From an uncultured virus (IMG/VR IMGVR_UViG_3300021197_001002) (lineage: Duplodnaviria; Heunggongvirae; Uroviricota; Caudoviricetes), in the IMG/VR virus record IMGVR_UViG_3300021197_001002: 64,000 nucleotides of DNA. One strand, 5' to 3'. Both the position numbers and the translations under genes were made by a program. Below, one piece after another: positions 27,105 through 36,420 of the stretch; the first letter of the stretch is position 1, and the number at the start of each line of letters is the position of its first letter. Below the pieces are notes generated by a model, which was given only the letters and a program-made list of their open reading frames with translations, was not told where the DNA came from and made no database searches.

Positions 27105-28208
27105 ATGGCAAGAGATTACATACGAAGCATTACTGACATGGAACGCTACTACTACGGTGCTGGCAACGCAATGGGTTACTCCTACTCCGGTAGCGAGTTG
27201 CTCAAGGCTGACGCACCTATGCTTTCCACAACAGCGGGAACATACCAAGCGATTTATGGTCGCAAAGTTTGGTCCCAACTAAACCAAGAATTTAACGCAT
27301 TCTCAATTCTACCAAAGCGTCCGTGGGAACGAAGTGGATGGCGAGTCATCACAGAACGTCCTTCCTTTACTGTTGGCGGCGGTGTTGCAGAGAACGCAAC
27401 ACTTCCTGACACAACCAAGCCGACCTTCCAGCACATTGCGGCCAAGCCTAAGACTGTGGTTCACACATTCGACATGAGCGAAACCGCAATGTTCCTTGCT
27501 GACAAGGACGATGGACTTGGCGACATCCGTTCTATCCTAAAGGAAGAAATGGGTAAGCACCACGCAGAGCACATCAACAAGATGATGACCGCAGACAAGG
27601 CTACACTCGCAGGTAACGACTTTGAATCACTTGACCGTATTACGGTTGGTTCAAACGAAACTGGAACTGACATTGACATGTACAGCATTGACCGAAGTGC
27701 AAACTCTTGGTCTTACTCAGAAGTCAATCAAAACGGTGGAACAGACCGTGTTCTGTCCCTTGACCATCTTGATGACCTCTTCCAGAAGTGCTGGACTCGT
27801 GGTGGTAACCCGAAGGTTATCCTTACAGGATATGACACACTTATGCGTCTACAACAACTTCTACAATCCCAACAACGTTTCCTTGAAGAGAAGCGTGTCA
27901 CCCCAACCTACAACGGTGTAAAGGGTGTACCGGGTATTGAAGCAGGTTTCATTGTTGCAACATACAACGGTGTTCCAATCATTCCATCAAAAGATGTACA
28001 AACCGATACTCTAAGTCGTATGTACTTCCTTGATACTGATTACCTGTACTTTAGCACAGCAATTCCAACGCAATACTTTGAGAGTGGTATCGAAACTGGT
28101 GACCCATTCGCTATTAACCGTCTTGGACAAGAGGGTATGTACCGAACTATGGGAGAACTATGGACTACTTTCTACGGAGGTCACGGTTCAGTCCGAGACT
28201 TGAAGTGA
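27105..28208 (+). CDS. Major capsid protein (HK97 fold)
   Basis: 367 aa after the protease; GVAENATLPDT, ATYNGVPIIPS, MYFLDTD motifs; codon bias typical of a highly expressed gene. Confidence 0.92.
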   Translation: MARDYIRSITDMERYYYGAGNAMGYSYSGSELLKADAPMLSTTAGTYQAIYGRKVWSQLNQEFNAFSILPKRPWERSGWRVITERPSFTVGGGVAENATLPDTTKPTFQHIAAKPKTVVHTFDMSETAMFLADKDDGLGDIRSILKEEMGKHHAEHINKMMTADKATLAGNDFESLDRITVGSNETGTDIDMYSIDRSANSWSYSEVNQNGGTDRVLSLDHLDDLFQKCWTRGGNPKVILTGYDTLMRLQQLLQSQQRFLEEKRVTPTYNGVKGVPGIEAGFIVATYNGVPIIPSKDVQTDTLSRMYFLDTDYLYFSTAIPTQYFESGIETGDPFAINRLGQEGMYRTMGELWTTFYGGHGSVRDLK

Positions 28209-28242
28209 GGCTAATGGAAAAAACATATGGAGATGATTTATT

Positions 28243-28707
28243 ATGACAACAGAAACAAAGACACAAAAAGGATTGACAATTTCTTTCGATGACGGTGATT
28301 TTAGTACTGGTACAGTCTCGGTTCTCTTAGACCTTGACTTGCGTACAGGAACACCAGTCGATGAAACTGCTTGGTTAGACGGTAATGCTGGTGGTTCATA
28401 CCCCGGTTCTCTTACTGGTTTTACCGCACAAAATTCCGATGGAAAAGCGGCAGGAAGTATGCGATTGGTACAAATTGCATTCACACTTGCTGATGCGGCT
28501 GAACAAGTATTAGTTCTTACAGCAGGGGCTTCAAAAATTATTGGAGTACTTGGTACTACTTTCGCAGTAGCCGACAAAACCCTATCTGCAACCTTCACTA
28601 ATACTGGTGCGGCCCCTGCCGCTAAGACTGGCGCACTTCTTCCAGCAATCGTCCTTCACGGAGAGGCTGGCGGTGCTGGAACAGTAACGGCGGTTTTGCT
28701 CAACTGA
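28243..28707 (+). CDS. Putative capsid decoration/minor structural protein
   Basis: A/G/T-rich, beta-type composition; directly after the MCP. Confidence 0.6.
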   Translation: MTTETKTQKGLTISFDDGDFSTGTVSVLLDLDLRTGTPVDETAWLDGNAGGSYPGSLTGFTAQNSDGKAAGSMRLVQIAFTLADAAEQVLVLTAGASKIIGVLGTTFAVADKTLSATFTNTGAAPAAKTGALLPAIVLHGEAGGAGTVTAVLLN

Positions 28708-28717
28708 GGGTGATTAA

Positions 28718-29056
28718 GTGCCTCAAGTAACCTACACAGGTCCCTTCTACGAGCGAAGGCGAAGAGATTCAAATGCTTCGTGGATTCGTGGAAAAGGAGA
28801 AGAGGTTACACAAGAGTGGCTTGACGAGTGGAGAAATTCTCTACCTGAAAAGCACTTCCTTATCGAAGGAGATGAAGGAGTTACAGTCGATGGTGGTAAT
28901 GATGGATTACCAGACAGCGGATGGAGTCGAAAAGACATACTTACATGGCTTGACGAACAAAACGTTGATTTACCTAATGGTTACATCACTAAAACAAAGG
29001 CACTCACTCTTGTAGACGAGCACTTAAACCCAACAGAAAATGGAGATGAAGAATAA
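28718..29056 (+). CDS. Hypothetical protein with C-terminal HeH/LEM-like motif
   Basis: PDSGWSRKDILTWLDEQNV......TKTKALTLV; GGGTGA RBS with GTG start. Confidence 0.6.
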   Translation: MPQVTYTGPFYERRRRDSNASWIRGKGEEVTQEWLDEWRNSLPEKHFLIEGDEGVTVDGGNDGLPDSGWSRKDILTWLDEQNVDLPNGYITKTKALTLVDEHLNPTENGDEE

Positions 29057-29382
29057 TGGCAGTAACAATAGACCCAAGACCAACAGTATTTGGCGACAGA
29101 ATGATTGTAACAGGTACTTACGCCGCTGGCGATAACGCAATTGACCTAACTGGAATGCTTGCAAGTATAGACTTTGCAGGTGCAAATTCAAGCGGTGCTA
29201 TTGCGGCACGACCTATCACAGACACAGGAGGTACGGCTAACCTTCAAAATGTCGTATTTGGTGTAGATGTTCGTATAGATGGTACAACCGTCCGTTTGGC
29301 GGCTGGATTGGCTGATGGAACAATCGGTGATACAGCACCCGCACAGGCTGGAACTTTTATTGCAATAGGTCGCCGTTCTTGA
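29056..29382 (+). CDS. Putative minor structural protein
   Basis: TAATG coupling; A/G/T-rich. Confidence 0.65.
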   Translation: MAVTIDPRPTVFGDRMIVTGTYAAGDNAIDLTGMLASIDFAGANSSGAIAARPITDTGGTANLQNVVFGVDVRIDGTTVRLAAGLADGTIGDTAPAQAGTFIAIGRRS

Positions 29383-29392
29383 GGTGGCTTAA

Positions 29393-29611
29393 ATGGCAGT
29401 ACTAAGTGGCTATGGCTCACGAGTAATCGGTCCCTACAGTCCTAAAATGATGTCTGACGGTACGGCAACTGCGCTTATCCAAACAGATATTCGTGCCACA
29501 GGTGGTACGGGTGCTCTTGGAGTAGCGGCGGGAAGTACAACTGCACTCATTAGCATAGAACCGTTTACATCGCTTGGTAACCATTATTTCCTACTTACCT
29601 ACACAGTTTGA
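29393..29611 (+). CDS. Small putative structural protein
   Basis: GAGGTG RBS; 72 aa. Confidence 0.65.
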   Translation: MAVLSGYGSRVIGPYSPKMMSDGTATALIQTDIRATGGTGALGVAAGSTTALISIEPFTSLGNHYFLLTYTV

Positions 29612-29622
29612 GGTGAGTAAGT

Positions 29623-29913
29623 ATGGGATTCGATGTTAGAAGCCTTGACTTATCCGACATAGTAAGGTCGAGTAAGCAGGGTGTACACGTAGACAAAAGT
29701 GGCCTCGCAGACCAAAAGGAACACCCGTTAGCGGGTGTAACAAGAGAGCAACGTAATCGAAACCGTGATATTGGTGATGTCCTCAATATCGGTTCAGGAA
29801 CACGTTGTACACATTGTGGATTCCTTCATTTCCTATGGAGAGCAACTTGTGCAACCTGCGACAAACCTATGGAATACAACTTAGGACATCGAGATGAAGC
29901 AAACCGAGCGTGA
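29623..29913 (+). CDS. Zn-ribbon protein
   Basis: CTHCG...CATCD; GAGGTGA RBS. Confidence 0.75.
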   Translation: MGFDVRSLDLSDIVRSSKQGVHVDKSGLADQKEHPLAGVTREQRNRNRDIGDVLNIGSGTRCTHCGFLHFLWRATCATCDKPMEYNLGHRDEANRA

Positions 29914-29917
29914 TTTA

Positions 29918-30631
29918 ATGGTGAAAGTATTAGTTAAAGCAATGAAACCTCATAGGCAAAGAATTTTTGCTGATGGTAAAGAAATGAAACTACAGCAATT
30001 TGCTAATCGTAAAGTTGCTGAACAGATGCGAGCCGCAGGTCAAGACCCAACTGGTGAAGGATTTCAATCGGCTCGTGATACAATGATGCGTGATGCTGTA
30101 GCCAATCCTGAAAAGCACAGTATCAAATTCATGGGCGAAAGAGTACCCTTTGAGGGGCAAACTTTGGGAAGTTCGCTTAGTGAGCCTGATGTAGCAGGTG
30201 AGCAAGCGGCTATTGACTCTCAATTTGGTGATGATGAACCATTGGATTTCACAAATAAAATACGTGATACAAGAAGTGCTGATTCCTACAAGACTGGTGA
30301 TACTATGACTCCACAAAACGAACTTGGCTCAACAGGTCGTCGTTCTTATACCAATAAAGTGCGTGATACAAGAAGTGCTGATTCCTACAAGACTGGTGAT
30401 ACTATGACTCCACAAGACAAACTCATGTCTGAAATCATGGACGAGACAGGCAATCTAAAACCTGACAACAAGTTCATGGATGATGGAGAAGATGAAGATG
30501 ATATGCCTCCACCAGAAGAAGAGGACGACAGACCAAAGAGTGAAGATGAACTTCTTGAAAGAATCATGGCACAAAAAGCGGTATCACACATTCGTGGATT
30601 CCGTGATGCTTGGAGTGTATTGAAATCGTGA
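29918..30631 (+). CDS. Acidic hypothetical protein with internal duplication and C-terminal DAWSVLKS
   Basis: Start reassigned to MVKVLVKAMK; 54-nt duplication inside. Confidence 0.75.
   Translation: MVKVLVKAMKPHRQRIFADGKEMKLQQFANRKVAEQMRAAGQDPTGEGFQSARDTMMRDAVANPEKHSIKFMGERVPFEGQTLGSSLSEPDVAGEQAAIDSQFGDDEPLDFTNKIRDTRSADSYKTGDTMTPQNELGSTGRRSYTNKVRDTRSADSYKTGDTMTPQDKLMSEIMDETGNLKPDNKFMDDGEDEDDMPPPEEEDDRPKSEDELLERIMAQKAVSHIRGFRDAWSVLKS
30263..30415 (+). repeat. Exact 54-nt direct repeat (30263-30316 and 30362-30415), coding RDTRSADSYKTGDTMTPQ
   Basis: Read directly; period 99 nt. Confidence 0.95.
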
Positions 30632-30644
30632 GGGAGGGTAATGT

Positions 30645-32240
30645 ATGCCAGTAGTATTTTCACCCGGCGAGCCTGAAACAAGGCCACTCGACCCTACTGC
30701 TACTGTGTACACTACTGCTCAAAAAGTCGCTGATTTACTTGACATAAGCCCCACCGATGCGGTGTTAATGTCTGCCGATGGTGATGCCAACGCTGTGTAC
30801 ATCACAGGGACAGACCTACGCAATCATGGTTTTTCTGTTGGTGATAAAGTAAGAATTTACAGCGATGCTGACCCATTTGGAAAAGAAGATTTAGAAATAT
30901 CAGCCATAGGTGCAAGTACAGGCGGAGATACTGCTGGTACTGGGCATGTCAAAATTACGTTTACAACCTCACCTATTACAGCATCAGAATATCAAGTAGC
31001 AGATAATGGCTACATTCAGAATCAAGCGTCGTTTACGAACGGCAAAACTCGTGGTGTAACGAAAGACAAAGTAGACCACGTTATACAAAGAATGCAAGAC
31101 CGCATTGACAACATTACTCACAACGCATGGCGACCATATCTCGTTAGTGCAGAATACATTAACTTCGATACTTACAAGCCATACCGACGACGGTACTATA
31201 CTGACTATGTAGGTACTGCACCTCTCTTGTTCCGTAACGTACAACAAATTCTACGTATTGAATTATGGCAAGGTGATGACTATCGAGAAATCGGTGCGGC
31301 GGAAGTAAGAATAAAAATTCCAGAAGATGTAAATGCAATTACAGGTTCAATCTATATGTCTCCCGGTAATGGTGCTGGAAGTGTAGTTACACTTGCACCC
31401 GGTACAGGTACTAATCAATGGAGAGCCGATTTCGATTCTACAACAACTGCACAAAACTTGGCTGACTTGTTTAACAAGGAGGACCGTGTAAGTAAGACCG
31501 CAGTAGATTTCAGTCCTGCGTTTACATTAGAAGGTTCAACATCTAATGTAGCAGTACATAACGAATTTTTAGCATCGGCAAACTCCGATTTAGGTACTGG
31601 TACGGTGAAAGTAACTTCTATGAGAGGCGTGAAGGCTGGAGAATCTTGTAGTATCGTAACAACGGATTCAAATATTCAACTCGACCAAACAACTTCTGCT
31701 TCTACTACGTTCTCAAGTCTTGATTCTACAACAGTCAATGTTGCCTCTACTACAGACTTTGTACACGCTGGTGTGGCAGTAGATGCAAGCGGTGATGTAT
31801 TCCGATACACAGGAAAGACCGCTACATCCTTTACAGGATGCGTTGCTGTAACAGGGAGTTTGGGTGCTATTACAGGTGCTATCACACAAAACTCTCTACT
31901 TGTAGACCTACAAGGTGGTTCAAGTAGCGGCGACGTAGGACGACTACGAGACTGGTGGCTCGACCCGGAAATGGGTATCATTTACTTCAACAACTCCTAT
32001 CCGTTCTTTGAATGGAATGCAATTAAGGTGGCTTATATTTACGGTGAACGTTACTTAGAAAAGGCGATAGAAGATATATGCACCAAGATGGTTGCTATTG
32101 AATTACTCATGGCTGATGACCGTTCGATTCTTATTCCAGAAGGTACGCAGAACATAGACTTGACCAGTAAAATTCAACTTTATCAGTCTGAAATAGACAG
32201 AACGTTGCCTAAGTACATTGAATTGGTGGTGTTCTCCTAA
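30645..32240 (+). CDS. Head-tail adaptor-like protein with inserted beta domains
   Basis: YTTAQKV N-terminus, RIDNIT, IKVAYIYG...IEDICTKMVA C-terminus; position after the head genes. Confidence 0.6.
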   Translation: MPVVFSPGEPETRPLDPTATVYTTAQKVADLLDISPTDAVLMSADGDANAVYITGTDLRNHGFSVGDKVRIYSDADPFGKEDLEISAIGASTGGDTAGTGHVKITFTTSPITASEYQVADNGYIQNQASFTNGKTRGVTKDKVDHVIQRMQDRIDNITHNAWRPYLVSAEYINFDTYKPYRRRYYTDYVGTAPLLFRNVQQILRIELWQGDDYREIGAAEVRIKIPEDVNAITGSIYMSPGNGAGSVVTLAPGTGTNQWRADFDSTTTAQNLADLFNKEDRVSKTAVDFSPAFTLEGSTSNVAVHNEFLASANSDLGTGTVKVTSMRGVKAGESCSIVTTDSNIQLDQTTSASTTFSSLDSTTVNVASTTDFVHAGVAVDASGDVFRYTGKTATSFTGCVAVTGSLGAITGAITQNSLLVDLQGGSSSGDVGRLRDWWLDPEMGIIYFNNSYPFFEWNAIKVAYIYGERYLEKAIEDICTKMVAIELLMADDRSILIPEGTQNIDLTSKIQLYQSEIDRTLPKYIELVVFS

Positions 32241-32668
32241 TGCGTATGAGTGATGATATAAGTTTTAGAAAATCTGGAAGAGATTATCATAACATTACAA
32301 ATGAAATGTTAATCAATGATATTACTTTTCAAAAGGAAACTAAGGAGATAGCGTTGAATACTCCGCCCAATTTAAGAGATAAAATGGAAAGTATTGAAGC
32401 AGGGGCTATGGGATTTAGAATTAAAGATGGTGTGTTAGTAAATATAGCAAATGAACCTCTTAACGCCACAGAAGAAAAACAACTTAAAGAAGCAACAGAC
32501 AAGAGAATGTTTGAAGTAAGTCCCTTCCTACAAGAACAGGGATTACGATATGTAAATGGAAAAATAGAATTAAAATCATTTGATGCAACAGTAAAGGATG
32601 CTAAGACTCGAATTACTGTTAAGAATGACGGTGCAGGTGCATACAGAAGCATGGAACTGGTGGACTGA
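32240..32668 (+). CDS. Hypothetical neck-region protein
   Basis: TAATG coupling; position. Confidence 0.6.
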   Translation: MRMSDDISFRKSGRDYHNITNEMLINDITFQKETKEIALNTPPNLRDKMESIEAGAMGFRIKDGVLVNIANEPLNATEEKQLKEATDKRMFEVSPFLQEQGLRYVNGKIELKSFDATVKDAKTRITVKNDGAGAYRSMELVD

Positions 32669-32672
32669 TACT

Positions 32673-33122
32673 ATGGTTGCAACATGGACAGAAGGACTTG
32701 ATGCTCTTATCAGTATTTTCAAAACTGATTGGAATCGAGGCAACACGGGTAATTACAGACCAGTAGTTCTCGACATTACAGATACGGGTCCTGAACATGG
32801 AAAGCGTCTTGACTTGCAAAAGCATGATTTCGTGCTATGTTACGAAACGGCGCACAATGAAGAAGCACCAGAATTATTCTATGATTTCGTTACGACACGC
32901 ATAAATATAACCGTAGACGTAAGAACTGTTAAAGGGAGGAAGCATCTGCAATTACTTGAGAACGAGATTCGCAGACTGGTTCACTCAAAAAGAAAGGGGG
33001 ATGGGACAAACTTTGACAGACTTGTTTTCAAAACTCGAACTGACTTATCTGACCGCAGTAAAATCCTTTTCCGAATGACATTTCAAATAGAAGTCGTAAT
33101 ATTAGCAGAATTAATACCATAG
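32673..33122 (+). CDS. Putative tail terminator/completion protein
   Basis: About 149 aa immediately upstream of the tail tube gene; beta-rich RINITVDVR...RMTFQIEVV. Confidence 0.55.
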   Translation: MVATWTEGLDALISIFKTDWNRGNTGNYRPVVLDITDTGPEHGKRLDLQKHDFVLCYETAHNEEAPELFYDFVTTRINITVDVRTVKGRKHLQLLENEIRRLVHSKRKGDGTNFDRLVFKTRTDLSDRSKILFRMTFQIEVVILAELIP

Positions 33123-33132
33123 GTGAAGAAGA

Positions 33133-35286
33133 ATGCCATCAACAGTATACAAGGGAGATGTTTCAGAAGTAGCGTTTGCGCCTGAAACGGGTTTAGACAT
33201 AATAGATAACGTTGATTGCCAATTTGCACTCACGAATGCTAACGGTGTAACTACAATTCGATTTAGCGCAGAAACAAATACTACTTTATTTGAAGCAGGT
33301 ACAAGTAAACTAAAATATCCTAAGAACGCTCTTGTTGGTTCTCAACTCACATTCAAAGGTATAGATGATGGAAAAATATTTACCATTATTGAAAACGATG
33401 GGGCAACAATAAAAATCAGTCCCGCTGTATCAAGTTTAACTGTTACTTCTAATGATGTACTTTCAATTCTACCTTACAAGACACCACCAATGGACACCGC
33501 TGGACATACTGAAAGAAACGAGACATTCACAGACGCTACTTGTGATACAAACCACACATCGGGATTAAGCGACGGTTCTACTACATCTACATCGCATGTT
33601 ACAATGGATTCGACAGCGGCTTTGGCTGTAGGTATGCAAGTTTCGGCTGTATCAGGTATTCCAACTGGTGCGTATGTCTCGGTAATAAATAATTCAACTT
33701 GTTTTACTTTGAGTGTCGCCGCTTCTGCAACATTAAGCAATGCAACTCTTACATTCACAAAATCGGATGGTGCTACAAGCACACCTTCTGAATCACTTCT
33801 TATTGACCAATTTTTGGGTATTGCGAATGCAATTGTACTTCCTGAAACAAAAGTCGATTTGAAGCGTTACCACGTAGTAGGACTTGGCCGTGATACATCT
33901 GTACAAGTTCCCGGTAAATTTACTACAGAAGGGGGTTCATTTGAAGTCAACCTCCATTCAGCACGATGGCTAAAATACTGTTTGGGTAATGAATTAGTAG
34001 GAACTATTGGTACATCAACTGAAACAACAACACTATCAGCAAAGGCTCATGCTGGTCAATCGCTTGTTAATCTTGCCGCTACTGCAAATGCAGGTGTAGG
34101 AAAATATATTTTACTCAAAGATACTACTGGTGGTGATGCATCCGCTACGGTGGATATTGTAAGCGACCATGCAGTTCGTACTACAGACCCAACATCGGAC
34201 GCAACGTGGAATTTATCAATAGACGACAGGGACTTTGAGCAAGCAAAAGGGTATGAAATTCGACGTATCATCGGTGTAGCGGAAACGGCTAACACGTATG
34301 TATATCTTGACCAACCACTTACATTTTCACATGAAAGTGGTTCTACTGTAGCATTGCTTGATTATGATGATGAACCTAACACAAAAGCCCCGAAGATAGA
34401 TACAAATGGTACAATTACTAATCCTATCACTCACTTGATTTACAGTCGAAGTATTTTGCCTTCATTTAGTATTGAGGTTTCACAACGAAGAAGTGATGTA
34501 GACAGCAGTACTGTAGTAGACGGTTCAATAGCAGATACAAAAGACCTCACACGAATCTTTAGAGGATGTAAAGTATCTGATTTCACACTAACAACCGATA
34601 ATGATGCGGCACTACGACTGTCTGTAAACTTCAATGCGGCTCTATGTTTTACTGATACAGGTCGATTAGAAACCGCTAACACAAGTACAAGTCGATATAA
34701 CCCTCATCGAATGTTTGATGATACAGCAAATACTAATTTTAACCGATTGAAATCAGGTATCGGTATTGGCACACAAAAACCATTTATGTTTTACAATGGA
34801 CAAATCAAAGTCGCTGGTCAAACTGTGGCTCAAGTGCATAACTTTTCATTGACTGGTCAAACTGGAGTGCAAGCATTCCATACGATTAACAACACAAGTA
34901 TTGCAACAGGTTCAGCCGAATCCCAAGTTCCATTCGCTGGTTCTCGTAACGCTTCTATCATGGTTGAGGGACAGACCTCGTATGAAATGACTATGGAAAT
35001 TGTTGTCGATGACCCAATCTTCTATCATAAGATGCGTTCACAAACTGAATTTAGTGTTCATACAGAAGGTGCTACAACCAATCAAATTGTTATTGAATTT
35101 GAAAAACAAGCAAGAGGCACTACTGCCGCTGACGCAACAGAAAAATTAGTCGTTCTTATAGATGACTATTATATTGTAGAAGCACCAATGCAAATTCCAG
35201 AAGATAAAGGTGTAATGAAGAGTACAATGAAGATTATGCCTAAAGCAATTAAGGTTCTATCCCGTGATACGATTCTAAAATATTGA
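33133..35286 (+). CDS. Tail tube (major tail) protein with inserted decoration domains
   Basis: EGGSFEVNL, LPSFSIEV...RIFRGCKVSDFTL, PFMFYNG.IKVAG...NFSL, YEMTMEI pattern; precedes the chaperones and TMP. Confidence 0.7.
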   Translation: MPSTVYKGDVSEVAFAPETGLDIIDNVDCQFALTNANGVTTIRFSAETNTTLFEAGTSKLKYPKNALVGSQLTFKGIDDGKIFTIIENDGATIKISPAVSSLTVTSNDVLSILPYKTPPMDTAGHTERNETFTDATCDTNHTSGLSDGSTTSTSHVTMDSTAALAVGMQVSAVSGIPTGAYVSVINNSTCFTLSVAASATLSNATLTFTKSDGATSTPSESLLIDQFLGIANAIVLPETKVDLKRYHVVGLGRDTSVQVPGKFTTEGGSFEVNLHSARWLKYCLGNELVGTIGTSTETTTLSAKAHAGQSLVNLAATANAGVGKYILLKDTTGGDASATVDIVSDHAVRTTDPTSDATWNLSIDDRDFEQAKGYEIRRIIGVAETANTYVYLDQPLTFSHESGSTVALLDYDDEPNTKAPKIDTNGTITNPITHLIYSRSILPSFSIEVSQRRSDVDSSTVVDGSIADTKDLTRIFRGCKVSDFTLTTDNDAALRLSVNFNAALCFTDTGRLETANTSTSRYNPHRMFDDTANTNFNRLKSGIGIGTQKPFMFYNGQIKVAGQTVAQVHNFSLTGQTGVQAFHTINNTSIATGSAESQVPFAGSRNASIMVEGQTSYEMTMEIVVDDPIFYHKMRSQTEFSVHTEGATTNQIVIEFEKQARGTTAADATEKLVVLIDDYYIVEAPMQIPEDKGVMKSTMKIMPKAIKVLSRDTILKY

Positions 35287-35295
35287 GGTGAAAGT

Positions 35296-35817
35296 ATGTA
35301 TACATCAACAAATCAATTTCGTCGTCTTGGTATTCAAGGATATGCTGAATGGGCTTGTATGCAAAACAATGTTCCATTCGATAAAAGTGTTGTATTTACT
35401 GATATTGTTTCAGTCCACAATTGGATTATGCGACAACTAAATCCTACTTTAGAAGTAAAAGTAGAAGAAGAAGTACAGTCTGAACCTGTTCCTGTTCCTG
35501 TAGATGCCAATCCTTTCCCTACAGACCTACAACAATACGATTCTCTAACCGTTGCTGAACTACGTGAACTTTGTAAAGAGCGTGGATTACCAGTATACGG
35601 CACAAAAGCCGAGATTGTTTTGCGATTAAAGCAAAATGATGAAGGTATTATTCCCGAAGAGGAACCTGAAAGCCCTACTGATGAAGTAGCCCTTGAAGGT
35701 GAGTCGGAAGCCCCTACTGATGAAGTAGCCGCATCCAATGGAGAGGAAACAAATGAAGAAAACATTAACGGAGAACAAGAGCCTACTACTAAGGAACGAC
35801 AAAGCAACGAAGCATGA
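35296..35817 (+). CDS. SAP-domain protein
   Basis: YDSLTVAELRELCKERGLPVYGTKAEIVLRL matches the SAP consensus; acidic tail. Confidence 0.8.
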   Translation: MYTSTNQFRRLGIQGYAEWACMQNNVPFDKSVVFTDIVSVHNWIMRQLNPTLEVKVEEEVQSEPVPVPVDANPFPTDLQQYDSLTVAELRELCKERGLPVYGTKAEIVLRLKQNDEGIIPEEEPESPTDEVALEGESEAPTDEVAASNGEETNEENINGEQEPTTKERQSNEA

Positions 35818-36127
35818 AATATCTACTGATAAAAACGACCCTTCACTTTTTATGGAAGTGTGGGTAAGGGATATTTCTTATTTCGATATACAGCAATCCG
35901 TTGAAAAACTACTAAACATTACTCAAAGCGGTGGAGTGAAATTCAATCTCCAAGCCTACTGGCGATACGCTTTCTCACATTGGATAGAAAAGACAAATCC
36001 TGAACTAACCGTAAGCGAACTGCTTAATTTAAACGGTTATGTTGGTGACCAAATTTCAAAGGTTTTACCAAAACCAAATGAAATTTTGGAGGATATAACT
36101 GGAAATTTTACCAACGAGACAGAATAA
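35753..36127 (+). CDS. Tail assembly chaperone (gpG-like)
   Basis: GAGGA RBS; lies between tail tube and TMP; ends just after a slippery site. Confidence 0.75.
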   Translation: MKKTLTENKSLLLRNDKATKHEISTDKNDPSLFMEVWVRDISYFDIQQSVEKLLNITQSGGVKFNLQAYWRYAFSHWIEKTNPELTVSELLNLNGYVGDQISKVLPKPNEILEDITGNFTNETE

Positions 36128-36135
36128 CTGTCTCG
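36103..36135 (+). promoter_or_regulatory. Programmed -1 ribosomal frameshift signal: A AAT TTT plus 8-bp hairpin
   Basis: Slippery heptamer at 36103-36109, 5-nt spacer, then CGAGACAG-AATAA-CTGTCTCG. Confidence 0.85.
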
Positions 36136-36420
36136 AATTATCTTGAACGAAAAAACAAAGACCCAATTCAAAATTACGAATTACAAATACAAGAATGGGC
36201 TTACATAATATCTCAACATTACAACATATCATTAGGTGAAGTATATGAACTGCCAAAAAGTATCTTCAAACAGTCCTTAGTATGGGCTAACATTACAGAA
36301 GAACGAAAGCGTCAAAAGCAAATAAGACAGGAAGAAGAAAGACGACTCCAACAAAAAGCAGGAACAAGGGAAATTGTACGATTAGATTACGACTTTAATG
36401 AACTGGATGAATTACTATGA
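36103..36420 (+). CDS. -1 frameshift extension of the tail chaperone (gpT-like); no ATG, absent from ORF track
   Basis: -1 frame open for 105 codons (FYQRDRITVS...WAYIISQHYNISLGEVYELP...DELL); its stop overlaps the TMP start (ATGA). Confidence 0.85.
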   Translation, partial: KFYQRDRITVSNYLERKNKDPIQNYELQIQEWAYIISQHYNISLGEVYELPKSIFKQSLVWANITEERKRQKQIRQEEERRLQQKAGTREIVRLDYDFNELDELL

